Assembly: GCA_046328015.1 (NCBI GenBank)
Contig: JAXLXH010000001.1
Location: forward strand, 907,305 to 971,304
DNA length: 64,000 nt
Origin: Candidatus Sericytochromatia bacterium
GTDB taxonomy: Bacteria; Cyanobacteriota; Sericytochromatia; UBA7694; JACMQJ01
Direction of reading: 5' to 3'
Under the pieces are notes generated by a model. That model was not told the origin of the DNA and did not search any database. It was given only the letters and a program-made list of their open reading frames with translations. Numbering within the stretch: position 1 is the stretch's first letter; the number at the start of each line of letters is the position of its first letter. Both the position numbers and the translations under genes were made by a program. Of the stretch, positions 48,033 to 57,864 are shown one piece after another.

Positions 48033-48047
48033 TTTATATAACCTTTT

Positions 48048-48782
48048 CTATTTTTTTACTGATACTTCTTTTTCTAATTCTTCTACTTTTGCTTTTTCAA
48101 TTAAATCTTCTTTTATATCAGACTCTCTGAGAGCTAAAACTATAGCTCCAATTAAAGCCATTAATAAAAGAATTGAAGCAATTTCAAAAGGAATTAAATA
48201 TTTATCAAAAAATGCATTACCAATTATTTCAGTTGTAGAAACAGATACTGGTTCTTTTACTGCCCATATAGATGGAGCCCAAGTAATTATATTACCTGCA
48301 TTAGCATCTACTACATTTTTTGAAAAAGGTGCCATTAAATTTATATTTACACCTAATGTTCTTAAAATTAAAATTAAAAATAATCCAAAACAACATAATA
48401 CAAATGATACAAATCTGTATTCTGAAGAATAAGGCTTTTTATCCGAATCATTTTTAGCATTTGTTAGCATAACAGCAAACATCATCATAATTGTAACAGC
48501 ACCACCATTTATTAAAATTTGTGCTGCTGCTAAAAAGTCTGCATTTAAAAGTGCATAAATACCTGCTGTACTTACAAAAGTTAAAACAAGTAAAAAACCT
48601 GCATGCATTAGGTTTGGTACAGTAACAACACCTACAGCTGAAGATATCATTAAACCTGATAAAAGATAAAAAGCAAGATCTTTACCAAAACCGATACTTC
48701 CTACCACAAGGCTAGTTAGTAAAAGTACAATAGCACTTACAAATATCCCAAAAATTACTAAAAACGACTTATCTTTCCACAT
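48048..48782 (-). CDS. nuoJ: NADH-quinone oxidoreductase subunit J
   Basis: NuoJ/ND6 membrane core with a charged C-terminal tail. Confidence 0.85.
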   Translation of the reverse strand: MWKDKSFLVIFGIFVSAIVLLLTSLVVGSIGFGKDLAFYLLSGLMISSAVGVVTVPNLMHAGFLLVLTFVSTAGIYALLNADFLAAAQILINGGAVTIMMMFAVMLTNAKNDSDKKPYSSEYRFVSFVLCCFGLFLILILRTLGVNINLMAPFSKNVVDANAGNIITWAPSIWAVKEPVSVSTTEIIGNAFFDKYLIPFEIASILLLMALIGAIVLALRESDIKEDLIEKAKVEELEKEVSVKK

Positions 48783-48809
48783 AAAAACTATTTCTCCTTG
48801 TTCTTACCA

Positions 48810-49322
48810 CTATTTTTTAGCCGGAGCTTTATCTGGTGGTAAGTACATATTAGGTTTTTCTACATACTTTGCTAATTTATGCATATCATAAAGAAAATCT
48901 TCTTGTTTAAAACCAGCTGTTTCGAACTCATGAGTCATCTCTAAAGCTCCTACAGGACAAACTTCAACACAATTTGCACATGATATACATTCACCAATAT
49001 TTATTTCATAAACAGTGGTTTTTATTTTTTTGTCTTCACCTTTTTCGGTTTCTATTTTAATAGTTTGGGGAGGACAAACTTTAGCACAAGCATGACAACC
49101 TATACATAACATTTTTCCATCTTCTTTGTTATATAAAAAAGCAAAACGTCCTCTAAATCTTTGAGGTAATTTTCTTTTTATATCAGGATATATTTCTGTA
49201 ACTTTAGCTTGAAATATATAAAAGAAAGTTAATTTTAATCCTCTATATATAGCTTCAATTCCATCAAAAATATTTTGGAAGTATTTTTCTACTGAATTTA
49301 ATTTTTGTTCTGTTCTTTCCAT
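48810..49322 (-). CDS. nuoI: NADH-quinone oxidoreductase subunit I (2x[4Fe-4S] ferredoxin)
   Basis: CIGCHACAKVCP and CISCANCVEVCP. Confidence 0.92.
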   Translation of the reverse strand: MERTEQKLNSVEKYFQNIFDGIEAIYRGLKLTFFYIFQAKVTEIYPDIKRKLPQRFRGRFAFLYNKEDGKMLCIGCHACAKVCPPQTIKIETEKGEDKKIKTTVYEINIGECISCANCVEVCPVGALEMTHEFETAGFKQEDFLYDMHKLAKYVEKPNMYLPPDKAPAKK

Positions 49323-49332
49323 TTAAAGCTCC

Positions 49333-50394
49333 TTATCTGCTAAAAACACCAAAACCTACTGCTGCTAAAAGAGCAGTAACTAATATGTTTGCCAAAGCTA
49401 AAGGCAATAAGTATTTCCAAGCAAAAGCCATAAGTTGGTCAGCTCTTACTCTTGGTAATGTACCTCTTATCCATACAACTACAGAAAAGAAAAACATTGT
49501 TTTTATAAAAAACCAAATTAATCCTAATTGGTTTGTTAATTGAATCCCAACTTCTCCTAAGTAAGAATCAAAAGGGAATCTCCAACCACCAAAAAATAAA
49601 GTAGTACATAAAGCACCTAATGTAAAAGTATTTATATACTCTGCTAAGAAGAACATAGCAAATTTAAAACCACTATATTCTGTGTTATAACCAGATACAA
49701 GTTCAGATTCTGCTTCTGGTAAATCGAAAGGTATTCTATTTACTTCTGAAAGAGAACAAGTAAAAAATATAAAAAATGCAACTGGTTGTTTTATAATATT
49801 CCAAATATCTTGTTTTTCAACAACATCAACTATACTTAAAGATCCTGTTAATAAAATAACTCCCACTAAAGATAAAAGTAATGGTATTTCATAACTAATA
49901 GCCTGAGCAACAGCTCTTATACCACCCATAAGGGAGTATTTATTGTTAGAAGCCCAACCTGCCATCATAATACCTAATGTTGTAAGTGAAGATATAGAGA
50001 AGAATAAAAATAATCCTGCTCCTACATTACTAACAACCATACCATTTCCAACAGGAACTAAACTATAAACTAATAAACCTGGTACAAAAACCAAAACAGG
50101 AGCCAAACTAAATAGAATTTGGTCAGCATCTCTTGGTACTATGTCTTCTTTTAACATTACTTTTAAAGCATCTGCAAAAGATTGAAATAAACCCGCAGGA
50201 CCTAATCTATTTGGACCTAATCTTACTTGTACAAAAGCAATAAGTCTTCTTTCCCACCATATAAGTAAGAAAACAGTTGTTAAAACTAAACTAGCAATAG
50301 CAAGGGTAGGAACAATAAGTCCTAATCCGTTTCTAACTGGTTCAAAAGGTATGAAGCTTAAAAGTGCTTCATAAATTTTTATCAATATTTCCAT
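49333..50394 (-). CDS. nuoH: NADH-quinone oxidoreductase subunit H
   Basis: RLGPNRLGP…, ND1 family. Confidence 0.92.
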   Translation of the reverse strand: MEILIKIYEALLSFIPFEPVRNGLGLIVPTLAIASLVLTTVFLLIWWERRLIAFVQVRLGPNRLGPAGLFQSFADALKVMLKEDIVPRDADQILFSLAPVLVFVPGLLVYSLVPVGNGMVVSNVGAGLFLFFSISSLTTLGIMMAGWASNNKYSLMGGIRAVAQAISYEIPLLLSLVGVILLTGSLSIVDVVEKQDIWNIIKQPVAFFIFFTCSLSEVNRIPFDLPEAESELVSGYNTEYSGFKFAMFFLAEYINTFTLGALCTTLFFGGWRFPFDSYLGEVGIQLTNQLGLIWFFIKTMFFFSVVVWIRGTLPRVRADQLMAFAWKYLLPLALANILVTALLAAVGFGVFSR

Positions 50395-50410
50395 TTTTGC
50401 TCCTTAAATG

Positions 50411-51520
50411 CTACCTATCTACTTCAGGAAGAATAACATCGAAACTTCCGAATATCGCCATAATATCAGACAAATAAGCATCTTTTAAAACATAAGGTAA
50501 AATTTGCATATTTGCATAAGAAGGAGTTCTATATTTAACTCTTGCAGCAGTATTAGTACCATTGCTCATTAAATAAACCCCCATATTTCCTCTTGGGGCT
50601 TCTACTTGGCAATAAGCTTCACCAGCAGGTATTTTAAAACTAAAGCTTAATTTTTTTCTTAAACATGGTCCAGGTGGAATTTGAGCAATAGCTTGTTTTA
50701 TAATTTTAACTGATTGTCTCATTTCTTCCATACGAACTATGTAACGATCAAAAGTATCACCTTTTTCACCTACAGGTATATCAAAATCAAATCTATCATA
50801 AACAGAATATGGTTCATCTTTTCTAACATCGTATTTTACACCAGAGCCTCTTAAGATAGGACCACAAGCTCCAAATCTTGAAACTTCTTCACCTGTAAGA
50901 ATACCTATATCTTTTACTCTAGAAATAAAAATAGGATTTTTATTAATTAAGATTTCATATTCATCGATCATTTTTAAGAAATAACCACAAAAATCTTTTA
51001 CTTTATCAAGCCATCCTTCAGGAACATCTGCATTAACACCGCCATATCTTAGGTAGTTAAACATCATTCTTTGTCCTGTAAGTTCTTCCATTAGATCAAT
51101 TATTTTTTCTCTTTCTCTAAGAGCATACATAATTACTGTGGTTGAACCAAGATCAAGCATAAAAGTACCCAACCAAAATAAATGGCTCATAAGCCTAGTT
51201 AACTCTGCGGTTATAACTCTTATGTATTCAGCTCTTTCAGGAACTTCTATTCCACCAATTTTTTCAACAGCCATAACAAGTGGCCATTCTGCTGCAATAA
51301 TAGATACATAATCTACTCTATCTACAACAGGAAAATATTGGAAATAATTTCTATCTTGAGCTAATCTCTCTATAGAACGGTGTAGATAGCCTATTACAGG
51401 CTCTACATATCTGATGATTTCACCATCTATTTTAACTATAAGACGTAAAACACCGTGGGTACTCGGATGGTGAGGACCCATGTTTATAGTCATTTCTTCA
51501 CTTTTAAATTCTATTGACAT
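50411..51520 (-). CDS. nuoD: NADH-quinone oxidoreductase subunit D (49-kDa subunit)
   Basis: MTINMGPHHPSTHGVLRL N-terminus. First gene of the cluster here. The 437 nt upstream of it are AT-rich and non-coding. Confidence 0.9.
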   Translation of the reverse strand: MSIEFKSEEMTINMGPHHPSTHGVLRLIVKIDGEIIRYVEPVIGYLHRSIERLAQDRNYFQYFPVVDRVDYVSIIAAEWPLVMAVEKIGGIEVPERAEYIRVITAELTRLMSHLFWLGTFMLDLGSTTVIMYALREREKIIDLMEELTGQRMMFNYLRYGGVNADVPEGWLDKVKDFCGYFLKMIDEYEILINKNPIFISRVKDIGILTGEEVSRFGACGPILRGSGVKYDVRKDEPYSVYDRFDFDIPVGEKGDTFDRYIVRMEEMRQSVKIIKQAIAQIPPGPCLRKKLSFSFKIPAGEAYCQVEAPRGNMGVYLMSNGTNTAARVKYRTPSYANMQILPYVLKDAYLSDIMAIFGSFDVILPEVDR

Positions 51521-51957
51521 ATTTTTTTGCCTAAAAATATTTAAAATAACTCAGTTAACTATAGTAAAAATACTCTAAGTAAAAACTAAAAATAGTAATG
51601 ATAGATAGAAAATAATTAATCTTCTAACACCTAACTTTTAACTTTTAAATAGTTTACTTTACTAAAAAAACCGATCAAAGTAAGTATTATATTACACTAA
51701 AAGTTTTAAACTGTTAATAAATACACAATTCTTATATTTGTTTTTTAAGTTAACAATAATATTTTATTAGCTAATAATTTATAATTATGTGATTTATTTT
51801 GCCTATAATTTTTTAGCTATAATTTTATATCATTTAAAATAAATTTATGATTATTTTTTTATATATTTATTTTGATTAAAATCACAGTAATTATGTGATT
51901 AGATACTTTTCAAAAAAACCTTTAGTATCATAAAATGTTTATATAATCTTTTAATTT

Positions 51958-52845
51958 TTGTACCAAAAGGATTTTAAATTTATGACAAGTATAAGTTCTA
52001 ATATTTCAGCTAGAAATATTGATGTTAAAGCTATCGACCCAGTAAAAACAAAAGAAAACACACCTATTAAAGTTGAACAAGAATCTAAAATAGAAAGAAT
52101 CAATAGCCCTATTCCTCTTACACCTGAATCACACAGAGTTCTTAATATTATAGAAACTGGGATTAGTGAGTTTAAAAGTGGTAAACTATTTTCCGATTTT
52201 AAACTTGATGAAATTGGAAAAATAGCTGGTAATGTTACTAAATCTATAAGTGATGCTGCAAGTAAAGTTCAAATTAAAATAGAAGAAGCTTCTTCTAATA
52301 ATTTTTTAGATAAAATAGTTTCTGGAGCTAAATCTGCATTAAGTGCAGTTTTTGGTAAAAATAGTGAACTTATGGGCTTAATTGATAAAGGAGATAATTT
52401 TATTAAAGGTAAGTTTAAAGAACTAGATTCTAAAGTTAAAGATATTAATTTTTTAAAAGATTTAAAAGGAGCACTTGATAAACCAACAAAAGAATTTGTT
52501 TCTTTTATAAAAAAATCGGAGAATTTTATAAATGACAGATTAAAAGATTTAAAAATAAAACCTATTGATTTTAGTAATATGAATAAAGCGTTAGATCAAT
52601 TACCTTCAGCTGTTGATAAAATGTGTGAGAAGTTGCATCAATTTGTAAAAGATTTTTCTTCTAAAGGAACTTTACTTATAAAAAAAGCATATGAAAAAGG
52701 ATCTGATTTAACTAAAGTAGCAATTACTACCATAGATAAAAAATCTCAAGAAGTTGTTAATAAAGTTGATAATGAAAAGAAAAAAGCTGTAAATACTTTT
52801 AAAGAAACACAGAAAAAAGTTTTTAAGGATTTAAAATTAACTTAG
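51958..52845 (+). CDS. Hypothetical Lys-rich helical protein
   Basis: 295-aa ORF, no motif. The start may be the internal ATG (MTSISSN…). Confidence 0.45.
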   Translation: MYQKDFKFMTSISSNISARNIDVKAIDPVKTKENTPIKVEQESKIERINSPIPLTPESHRVLNIIETGISEFKSGKLFSDFKLDEIGKIAGNVTKSISDAASKVQIKIEEASSNNFLDKIVSGAKSALSAVFGKNSELMGLIDKGDNFIKGKFKELDSKVKDINFLKDLKGALDKPTKEFVSFIKKSENFINDRLKDLKIKPIDFSNMNKALDQLPSAVDKMCEKLHQFVKDFSSKGTLLIKKAYEKGSDLTKVAITTIDKKSQEVVNKVDNEKKKAVNTFKETQKKVFKDLKLT

Positions 52846-52893
52846 TATCGTGAAAAAAATAACTTATAACAAAAACACTTTTTACAAAATGTC

Positions 52894-52917
52894 AGGGCGT
52901 AAAATTTTACGCCCAAA
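52894..52917 (+). terminator. Perfect palindrome GGGCGTAAAA/TTTTACGCCC
   Basis: Read from the sequence, 49 nt after the stop of 51958..52845. No strong T-run. Confidence 0.35.
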
Positions 52918-53062
52918 CAAGCAATAGCTAAAACAAAAAAGTGTGGTAAGTTATTTTTTTACTTTTCCTTAACTAAAGAATAAAAATCTTGTTTATATTA
53001 AAAAAATATTTACAAGCTTAAAAAATAAATAATATTTAATATGTAAAAAATATCGGGGTAAT

Positions 53063-53494
53063 ATGGATTTAAGTTTATTAGGAAATATAAAAAATAAATC
53101 AAGTGATAAAAGAAAAGATAATTCAATTAATTCTTATATTAAAGGACAAGAAATTTTCCAAGTTTTTATAGAAACAAAAGATGTTGATTTATTAAGAGAA
53201 GCTAGTGTTCTTTTTCTAGATGCTATTGCTTATAATAAAGATGATTATAAACCTTATTTGTCTTTGGGCTATGTTTTTTATTTATTAGAAAACAATGAGT
53301 TTGCTTTGAAATATTTTGATAAAGCTGAATCTTTAACTAATTTACCAGAAGAAGTAAAAGAACTAAAAAATAAAATAGAATCTAATTTGGCTTATGAAAG
53401 AAATCCTGTTAGTTTAAAAGTTAATAATATAAAACCAATTGAAATAAAAACTATGGTAAATAAAAAATCTAATTTTTGGAAATTTTTCTTTTAG
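53063..53494 (+). CDS. Hypothetical TPR-like protein
   Basis: 143 aa, helical repeat pattern. Confidence 0.45.
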   Translation: MDLSLLGNIKNKSSDKRKDNSINSYIKGQEIFQVFIETKDVDLLREASVLFLDAIAYNKDDYKPYLSLGYVFYLLENNEFALKYFDKAESLTNLPEEVKELKNKIESNLAYERNPVSLKVNNIKPIEIKTMVNKKSNFWKFFF

Positions 53495-53541
53495 AGTTAA
53501 AATAATAAAATTGCTATTATTAAAAAAGCTACTTTAGATTA

Positions 53542-53895
53542 ATGAACTTAAATTGCCATTGTGGAAATATAAAAATAGAAACTTGTAAAAATATAGAATT
53601 TCTTACTAGCTGTAATTGTTCTATATGTAATAGATATGGCTCTTTATGGGGGTATTTTTTACCAGAAGAAGTTTCTATTAGTTTTGAAAAAGAACCTAAT
53701 TTTTATTCTCATGGAGATAAAAATGTAGAGTTTTATTTTTGTACTACATGTGGTTGTTTAACACATTATAAAACTACTAAAAAAGTAAAAGATCCTAAAA
53801 TAGGTGTTAATTTTAGAATGTTAAAGTTAGAGTTATTAGAAAATTTGAAAATCAGAAAATTTGATGGTGCAAATACTTGGAAGTTTTTAGATTAA
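53542..53895 (+). CDS. GFA-family (CENP-V/glutathione-dependent formaldehyde-activating enzyme-like) zinc-binding protein
   Basis: CHCG…CNCSIC…CTTCGC cysteine pattern. Confidence 0.6.
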   Translation: MNLNCHCGNIKIETCKNIEFLTSCNCSICNRYGSLWGYFLPEEVSISFEKEPNFYSHGDKNVEFYFCTTCGCLTHYKTTKKVKDPKIGVNFRMLKLELLENLKIRKFDGANTWKFLD

Positions 53896-53904
53896 TTATA
53901 AGAT

Positions 53905-54010
53905 CGTAAGGCGTGAATAGTAAACAGTGAACAGTAAGAAGTGAAAAGTATAGAAGTATGCTCCGTAACATGTTATAAACTTATTATCTTTTCACTTTTT
54001 ACTTTTTTCT
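53905..54010. repeat. REP-like repeat, family 1 (CGTGAATAGTAAACAGTGAACAGTAAGAAGTGAAAAGTATAGAAG … inverted TTTTCACTTTTTAC)
   Basis: GTGAAAAGT core plus inverted partner. Confidence 0.5.
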
Positions 54011-54070
54011 ATATTGTATTGATTTTTTTAAGTATAATTTATTTTAAATATTTTATTTTTAAGGGAAATT

Positions 54071-54460
54071 ATGTCAGAAAATTTAAAAGATGATAACTAT
54101 TGGAAAAATAAATTAACTGAAGAGCAATTTGCTATAGCAAGAAAAAAAGGAACTGAAAGGGCTTTTACTGGAAAATACTGGGATCATAAAGAAAAAGGTA
54201 TTTATAAATGTATTTGTTGCGAAGAACCTTTATTTTCTTCAGAAGGTAAATTTGATTCTGGTTGTGGTTGGCCAAGTTTTTTTGTTCCTCTAGATTATGA
54301 AAAAATTGATGAAATTCAAGATTTATCTTATGGAATGATAAGAACTGAGATAACATGCAAAAAATGTGGAGCTCACTTAGGACACGTGTTTGAGGATGGT
54401 CCTAATCCTACTGGTTTGAGATATTGTGTTAATTCTGCTTCTATAAATTTTACTAAATAA
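54071..54460 (+). CDS. msrB: Peptide-methionine (R)-S-oxide reductase
   Basis: Two CxxC zinc motifs (CICCEEP…, CKKCGAHLGHVFEDGP) and catalytic RYCVNSASI. Cys form, not Sec. Confidence 0.9.
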   Translation: MSENLKDDNYWKNKLTEEQFAIARKKGTERAFTGKYWDHKEKGIYKCICCEEPLFSSEGKFDSGCGWPSFFVPLDYEKIDEIQDLSYGMIRTEITCKKCGAHLGHVFEDGPNPTGLRYCVNSASINFTK

Positions 54461-54560
54461 AATACTTACGTTTAAATTTTGTAATAAAAAACACCTGTTA
54501 TTTATAAAAGTAAATGGTAGAATAATATTGTTTCTTTACTTAATTTAAGGGAATTATTAA

Positions 54561-55520
54561 ATGTTTGATGTTAACGAAAAAGAGAAAAGAGTCCTCCCAA
54601 GTTGGATTTTACAAAATCTTTCTGACCTACAATTTAGTTCTATATACGATCCATTTGGTGGCAATCCTAAATTAGGAATGTATTTTAAGAAAATGGGTTA
54701 TCAGGTAATTACTAGTGATATTTTACAATGTAATTATTGGTGGAATAAAGCTTTTATAGAAAATAAATCTACCACTATTTCAGATAGATCAAAAAACACA
54801 TTGCTTAGTATAGATACAACTATAAGTGCCGTTTTTGCAGATTGGACAGATAGTTTTTTTACTATAGATGAAACCAGACAACTTGAAGTTTGGAGAAGTA
54901 ATATTGATAGATTAAAAGTTTCTGATGAAGAAAGAGCTTTACTTTATGTTGCAGTATATCTAACTATGGATTACTGGATTACTTATAATAAAAGATATTT
55001 CCAAACTAAAAACGTAGGTGCTGGAGATGTATTGAAATACTATATTGATGTAGTTAATAAAATGGTTTTTGATAATAATATGCCAAATGTAGCTTATTGG
55101 CATGATTCTTATGAAATTGCTAGTCAAATACCAACAGAACTTGTATATATTTACCCACCATCTAAAGATGGTTTTAGAAACTATAATATGAGATTTTACT
55201 TATGGGAATGTTGGACAAGAAGAGTAAGCCAATTAAATTTAGAAGGAGTACTTAACAAAGCAGAACATAGTAAATTAGGTGAAACTTTTAATGATATAAA
55301 TGCTTATTATAATGCTATAGATTCTTTTCTAAAATTAGTTCAATCTAATTCTATTTGGGTAGTTTCTTATAATGATCAAATTGCACCTAGTAAAGAAATA
55401 CTAATAGATATGATAAAAAATTATAAAAATATACACAAAGAAGTTGAAATTGAAATACCTTATCCAACCGCAGCAGGCTCTTTGAGTGTAAAAGAAGGCA
55501 TTATTATTGCGGTGTCATAG
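54561..55520 (+). CDS. Dam-like (D12-class N6-adenine methyltransferase fold) protein with degenerate SAM-binding and catalytic motifs
   Basis: IYDPFGGNPKLGMYF aligns with the Dam motif I region (FVEPFAGGGAVFF). TSDILQCNYWW aligns with the (L/V)NDIN motif. The motif-IV position has YPPS instead of DPPY. The N-terminal KWAGGK is absent. Confidence 0.5.
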   Translation: MFDVNEKEKRVLPSWILQNLSDLQFSSIYDPFGGNPKLGMYFKKMGYQVITSDILQCNYWWNKAFIENKSTTISDRSKNTLLSIDTTISAVFADWTDSFFTIDETRQLEVWRSNIDRLKVSDEERALLYVAVYLTMDYWITYNKRYFQTKNVGAGDVLKYYIDVVNKMVFDNNMPNVAYWHDSYEIASQIPTELVYIYPPSKDGFRNYNMRFYLWECWTRRVSQLNLEGVLNKAEHSKLGETFNDINAYYNAIDSFLKLVQSNSIWVVSYNDQIAPSKEILIDMIKNYKNIHKEVEIEIPYPTAAGSLSVKEGIIIAVS

Positions 55521-56378
55521 ATGATAAATAAGGGTTCTTTAAAAGATTTTAGATTATTTGATCTTTTAACAATTTTAGATCAAAGTAAAAAAAGTGGTAT
55601 TTTAACTTTAAAACTTAGAGAGTTTATTGGAAATATTTATGTAACAGATGGTTCTGTTATAGAAGTAAAAACTTCTCATCTTCATGGAGAAGATGCTTTT
55701 TATGAGCTTATGTTTTATGAGTCTGGAGAATTTGAGTTTTTAGAAGGAGAAAAATTTGAAGGTTCAAAAAACATAGAAAAATCTACACATGAGCTATTAG
55801 AAGAAGGTAATTTTAGAGTTACATTAACTAATTCACTTATTAAGAATTCTATTAATACAGATTTAAAATCTAAAATAATAATTGTTGATGAAAAAGAAGA
55901 TGATTTTATTACTATGATAAAATCAGGATTTGATACAATTATCTCTTTGGCAAGAGAGTCTAAAGTTTCTCCTAATGAATTTTCTCAGCATTTAGAATTT
56001 TTAATTAAAAATAATAATATTGAAATTGAAAAAAATATACAAAATGAAATATGGAGTTCTTTTCAAAAGCTTGTAAATACTACCTATAAAGAGTTTACGA
56101 GTATTAGTGGAATAAAAATGAATAAAGAACTTGATAAAAAAATACAAGAACTTATAGAAATTAACTCTTTGAATTTAGAGTTTAAAGATGGTAAAATTGA
56201 TACAAAGGATCTTTTTAAATTAACTTCAAACGAACAGATTAATATATATAAACTGTTTTTGAAGGAACTAAAAGCTTATGTAGTAAAGATATATGGCAAA
56301 GATTTTATAATAAATATTTTTGCAAGTGTGTCCGGAGTTGATTCTAAAACAATCGACTTATTAAATATTGAGGTATAA
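55521..56378 (+). CDS. DUF4388/PATAN-type domain protein
   Basis: FRLFDLLTILDQSKKSGILTLK…GNIYVTDGSVIEV…GEDAFYELMFYESGEFEF is the DUF4388 signature. ATG overlaps the preceding stop (TAGATG). Confidence 0.6.
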   Translation: MINKGSLKDFRLFDLLTILDQSKKSGILTLKLREFIGNIYVTDGSVIEVKTSHLHGEDAFYELMFYESGEFEFLEGEKFEGSKNIEKSTHELLEEGNFRVTLTNSLIKNSINTDLKSKIIIVDEKEDDFITMIKSGFDTIISLARESKVSPNEFSQHLEFLIKNNNIEIEKNIQNEIWSSFQKLVNTTYKEFTSISGIKMNKELDKKIQELIEINSLNLEFKDGKIDTKDLFKLTSNEQINIYKLFLKELKAYVVKIYGKDFIINIFASVSGVDSKTIDLLNIEV

Positions 56379-56405
56379 ATTAGGTTTAATAAAAGAGGTA
56401 TTTAA

Positions 56406-56825
56406 GTGCTTAATCCACAATTAACAAGTCTAATAGTAACAACTGAAGGCTTAAAAAGTATTAAGGATATATTGAACAAGCTTAGAGAAGAAACTAAAGC
56501 AAGATATATTCTTTTAGTAGAAAAAAGCGGTCAAATGATTACTAGTGTAGGAGAAGAAAGTCCTTTTTCTATGCCATTATCTGCTTTAGTAGCTGGTGCA
56601 TTTGCTTCTACTAGAGAAATTGCAAAACTACTTGGTGAAACAGAATTTAGTGTTATGTTTCAACAAGGTAAAACAAGAAATATTTATATCTCTGCACTCA
56701 GAACTCAAGATCTTCTTACAGTAGTTTTTGATGAAAGTGCAATGCTCGGTATTGTTAAGCTTAAAACAAAGCAAATTTCTGATCAATTAAGTGATGAAAT
56801 TGCAAGTATGTTAAGCAAAAAGTAA
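56406..56825 (+). CDS. mglB: Roadblock/LC7-family GTPase-activating protein MglB, GTG start
   Basis: Colinear similarity to Myxococcus MglB (YILLVEKSGQMITSVGE / PLSALVAGAFASTREIAKLLGETEF / LGIVKLKTKQISDQL). Confidence 0.8.
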   Translation: MLNPQLTSLIVTTEGLKSIKDILNKLREETKARYILLVEKSGQMITSVGEESPFSMPLSALVAGAFASTREIAKLLGETEFSVMFQQGKTRNIYISALRTQDLLTVVFDESAMLGIVKLKTKQISDQLSDEIASMLSKK

Positions 56826-56868
56826 TTACTAGTTTTTGTATAATATTAGGAAAGTCGAGAAGAATTAA

Positions 56869-57447
56869 ATGGCATTAATAAATTACTCAAGCAGAGAGAT
56901 ACACTGTAAAATCGTTTACTACGGAACAGGTTTGGGCGGTAAAACTACAAACCTAGAGTATGTTCATAAACAATTAAGCCCTACTATAAGAGGTGAAATG
57001 GTTTCTTTAAATACAGCTAATGAAAGAACCTTATTCTTTGACTTTTTACCTCTTGATTTAGGAAGTGTTCAAGGTTTTAGAACAAAATTTAGTTTATATA
57101 CTGTTCCTGGACAAGTTGAATATAATGCAAGTCGTAAGCTTGTATTAAATGGAGCTGATGGAATAGTTTTTGTTGCTGATTCTCAAATAGAAAAAATGCA
57201 AGAAAATGTAGACAGCTTAAGAAATATGGAAGAAAACTTAGCTGAGTATAATATGACTTTAGATTCAATTCCTTGGATCTTACAATATAATAAAAGAGAT
57301 TTACCTAATGCTGCTTCATTTGATGAGTTAGAAAGAGCTATGAATAGCAGAGGTGTTCCAGCTTATGAAGCTGTTGCTTATTCTGGAGAAGGAGTATTCC
57401 AAACACTTAAAGCTATTAGTAAAGAAGTTCTTAATAGATTAACTTAA
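56869..57447 (+). CDS. mglA: Ras-like small GTPase MglA
   Basis: INYSSREIHCKIVYYGTGLGGKTTNL, intrinsic Arg in ANERTLFFDFLPL, switch II YTVPGQVEY, NKRDL. Near-colinear with Myxococcus MglA. Confidence 0.88.
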   Translation: MALINYSSREIHCKIVYYGTGLGGKTTNLEYVHKQLSPTIRGEMVSLNTANERTLFFDFLPLDLGSVQGFRTKFSLYTVPGQVEYNASRKLVLNGADGIVFVADSQIEKMQENVDSLRNMEENLAEYNMTLDSIPWILQYNKRDLPNAASFDELERAMNSRGVPAYEAVAYSGEGVFQTLKAISKEVLNRLT

Positions 57448-57499
57448 AATCAAGATTATATAATTTTAAAAAATATTATTTTTATATTAACTCACACAA

Positions 57500-57545
57500 C
57501 CCCTGTCTAAATTATTAGAGAGGGGCATGTTTTCTATCTAATAAG
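57500..57545 (+). terminator. Imperfect hairpin CCCCTGTCT…AGAGAGGGG followed by a T-run, after mglA
   Basis: One mismatch in a 9-bp stem. Confidence 0.35.
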
Positions 57546-57611
57546 TCTTATAATACAATTTTGTATTTAATTTTTTCCTTTTGTAAAATTTCTGTTGAAA
57601 AAATAAAATTA

Positions 57612-57706
57612 AGACCTCTTTCGGGGTATTGAACCCCGAAGGAGGCTGGAGACGGGGCTGTGCCCCCGAATCCCCCCATTACCCCGAAGCAGAGCTTCGA
57701 GGAATT
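57612..57706. repeat. GC-rich nested-palindrome element, family 2, copy 3, intergenic
   Basis: CCTCTTTCGGGGT-ATTGAA-CCCCGAAGGAGG…GGGGCTGTGCCCCC…CAGAGCTTCGAGGAATTC. Confidence 0.75.
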
Positions 57707-57730
57707 CTATAAGATTAAAAAACTAACAAC

Positions 57731-57831
57731 CATTAAACTACGGATTAAACTCAGATTTATTTATTAATAATATGTATTCCTGTCTTCACAGGAATGACTA
57801 ATCGCTTTAATGTGTTCAATCTGTAGTTTAA
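57731..57831. repeat. Family 3 inverted-repeat element (CATTAAACTACGGATTAAAC … central hairpin ATTCCTG/CAGGAAT … GTTCAATCTGTAGTTTAAAA)
   Basis: Terminal inverted repeats of about 20 nt with 2 mismatches. Small enough to be a miniature inverted-repeat element. Confidence 0.5.
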
Positions 57832-57864
57832 AATATTCTATCCATACTTTTTTATAAAAAATAT

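Noticed and set aside
54071-54460. Checked whether msrB is a selenoprotein, given the Sec-type selD
   Set aside because: The catalytic position is encoded by TGT (Cys) in RYCVNSASI. There is no in-frame TGA.
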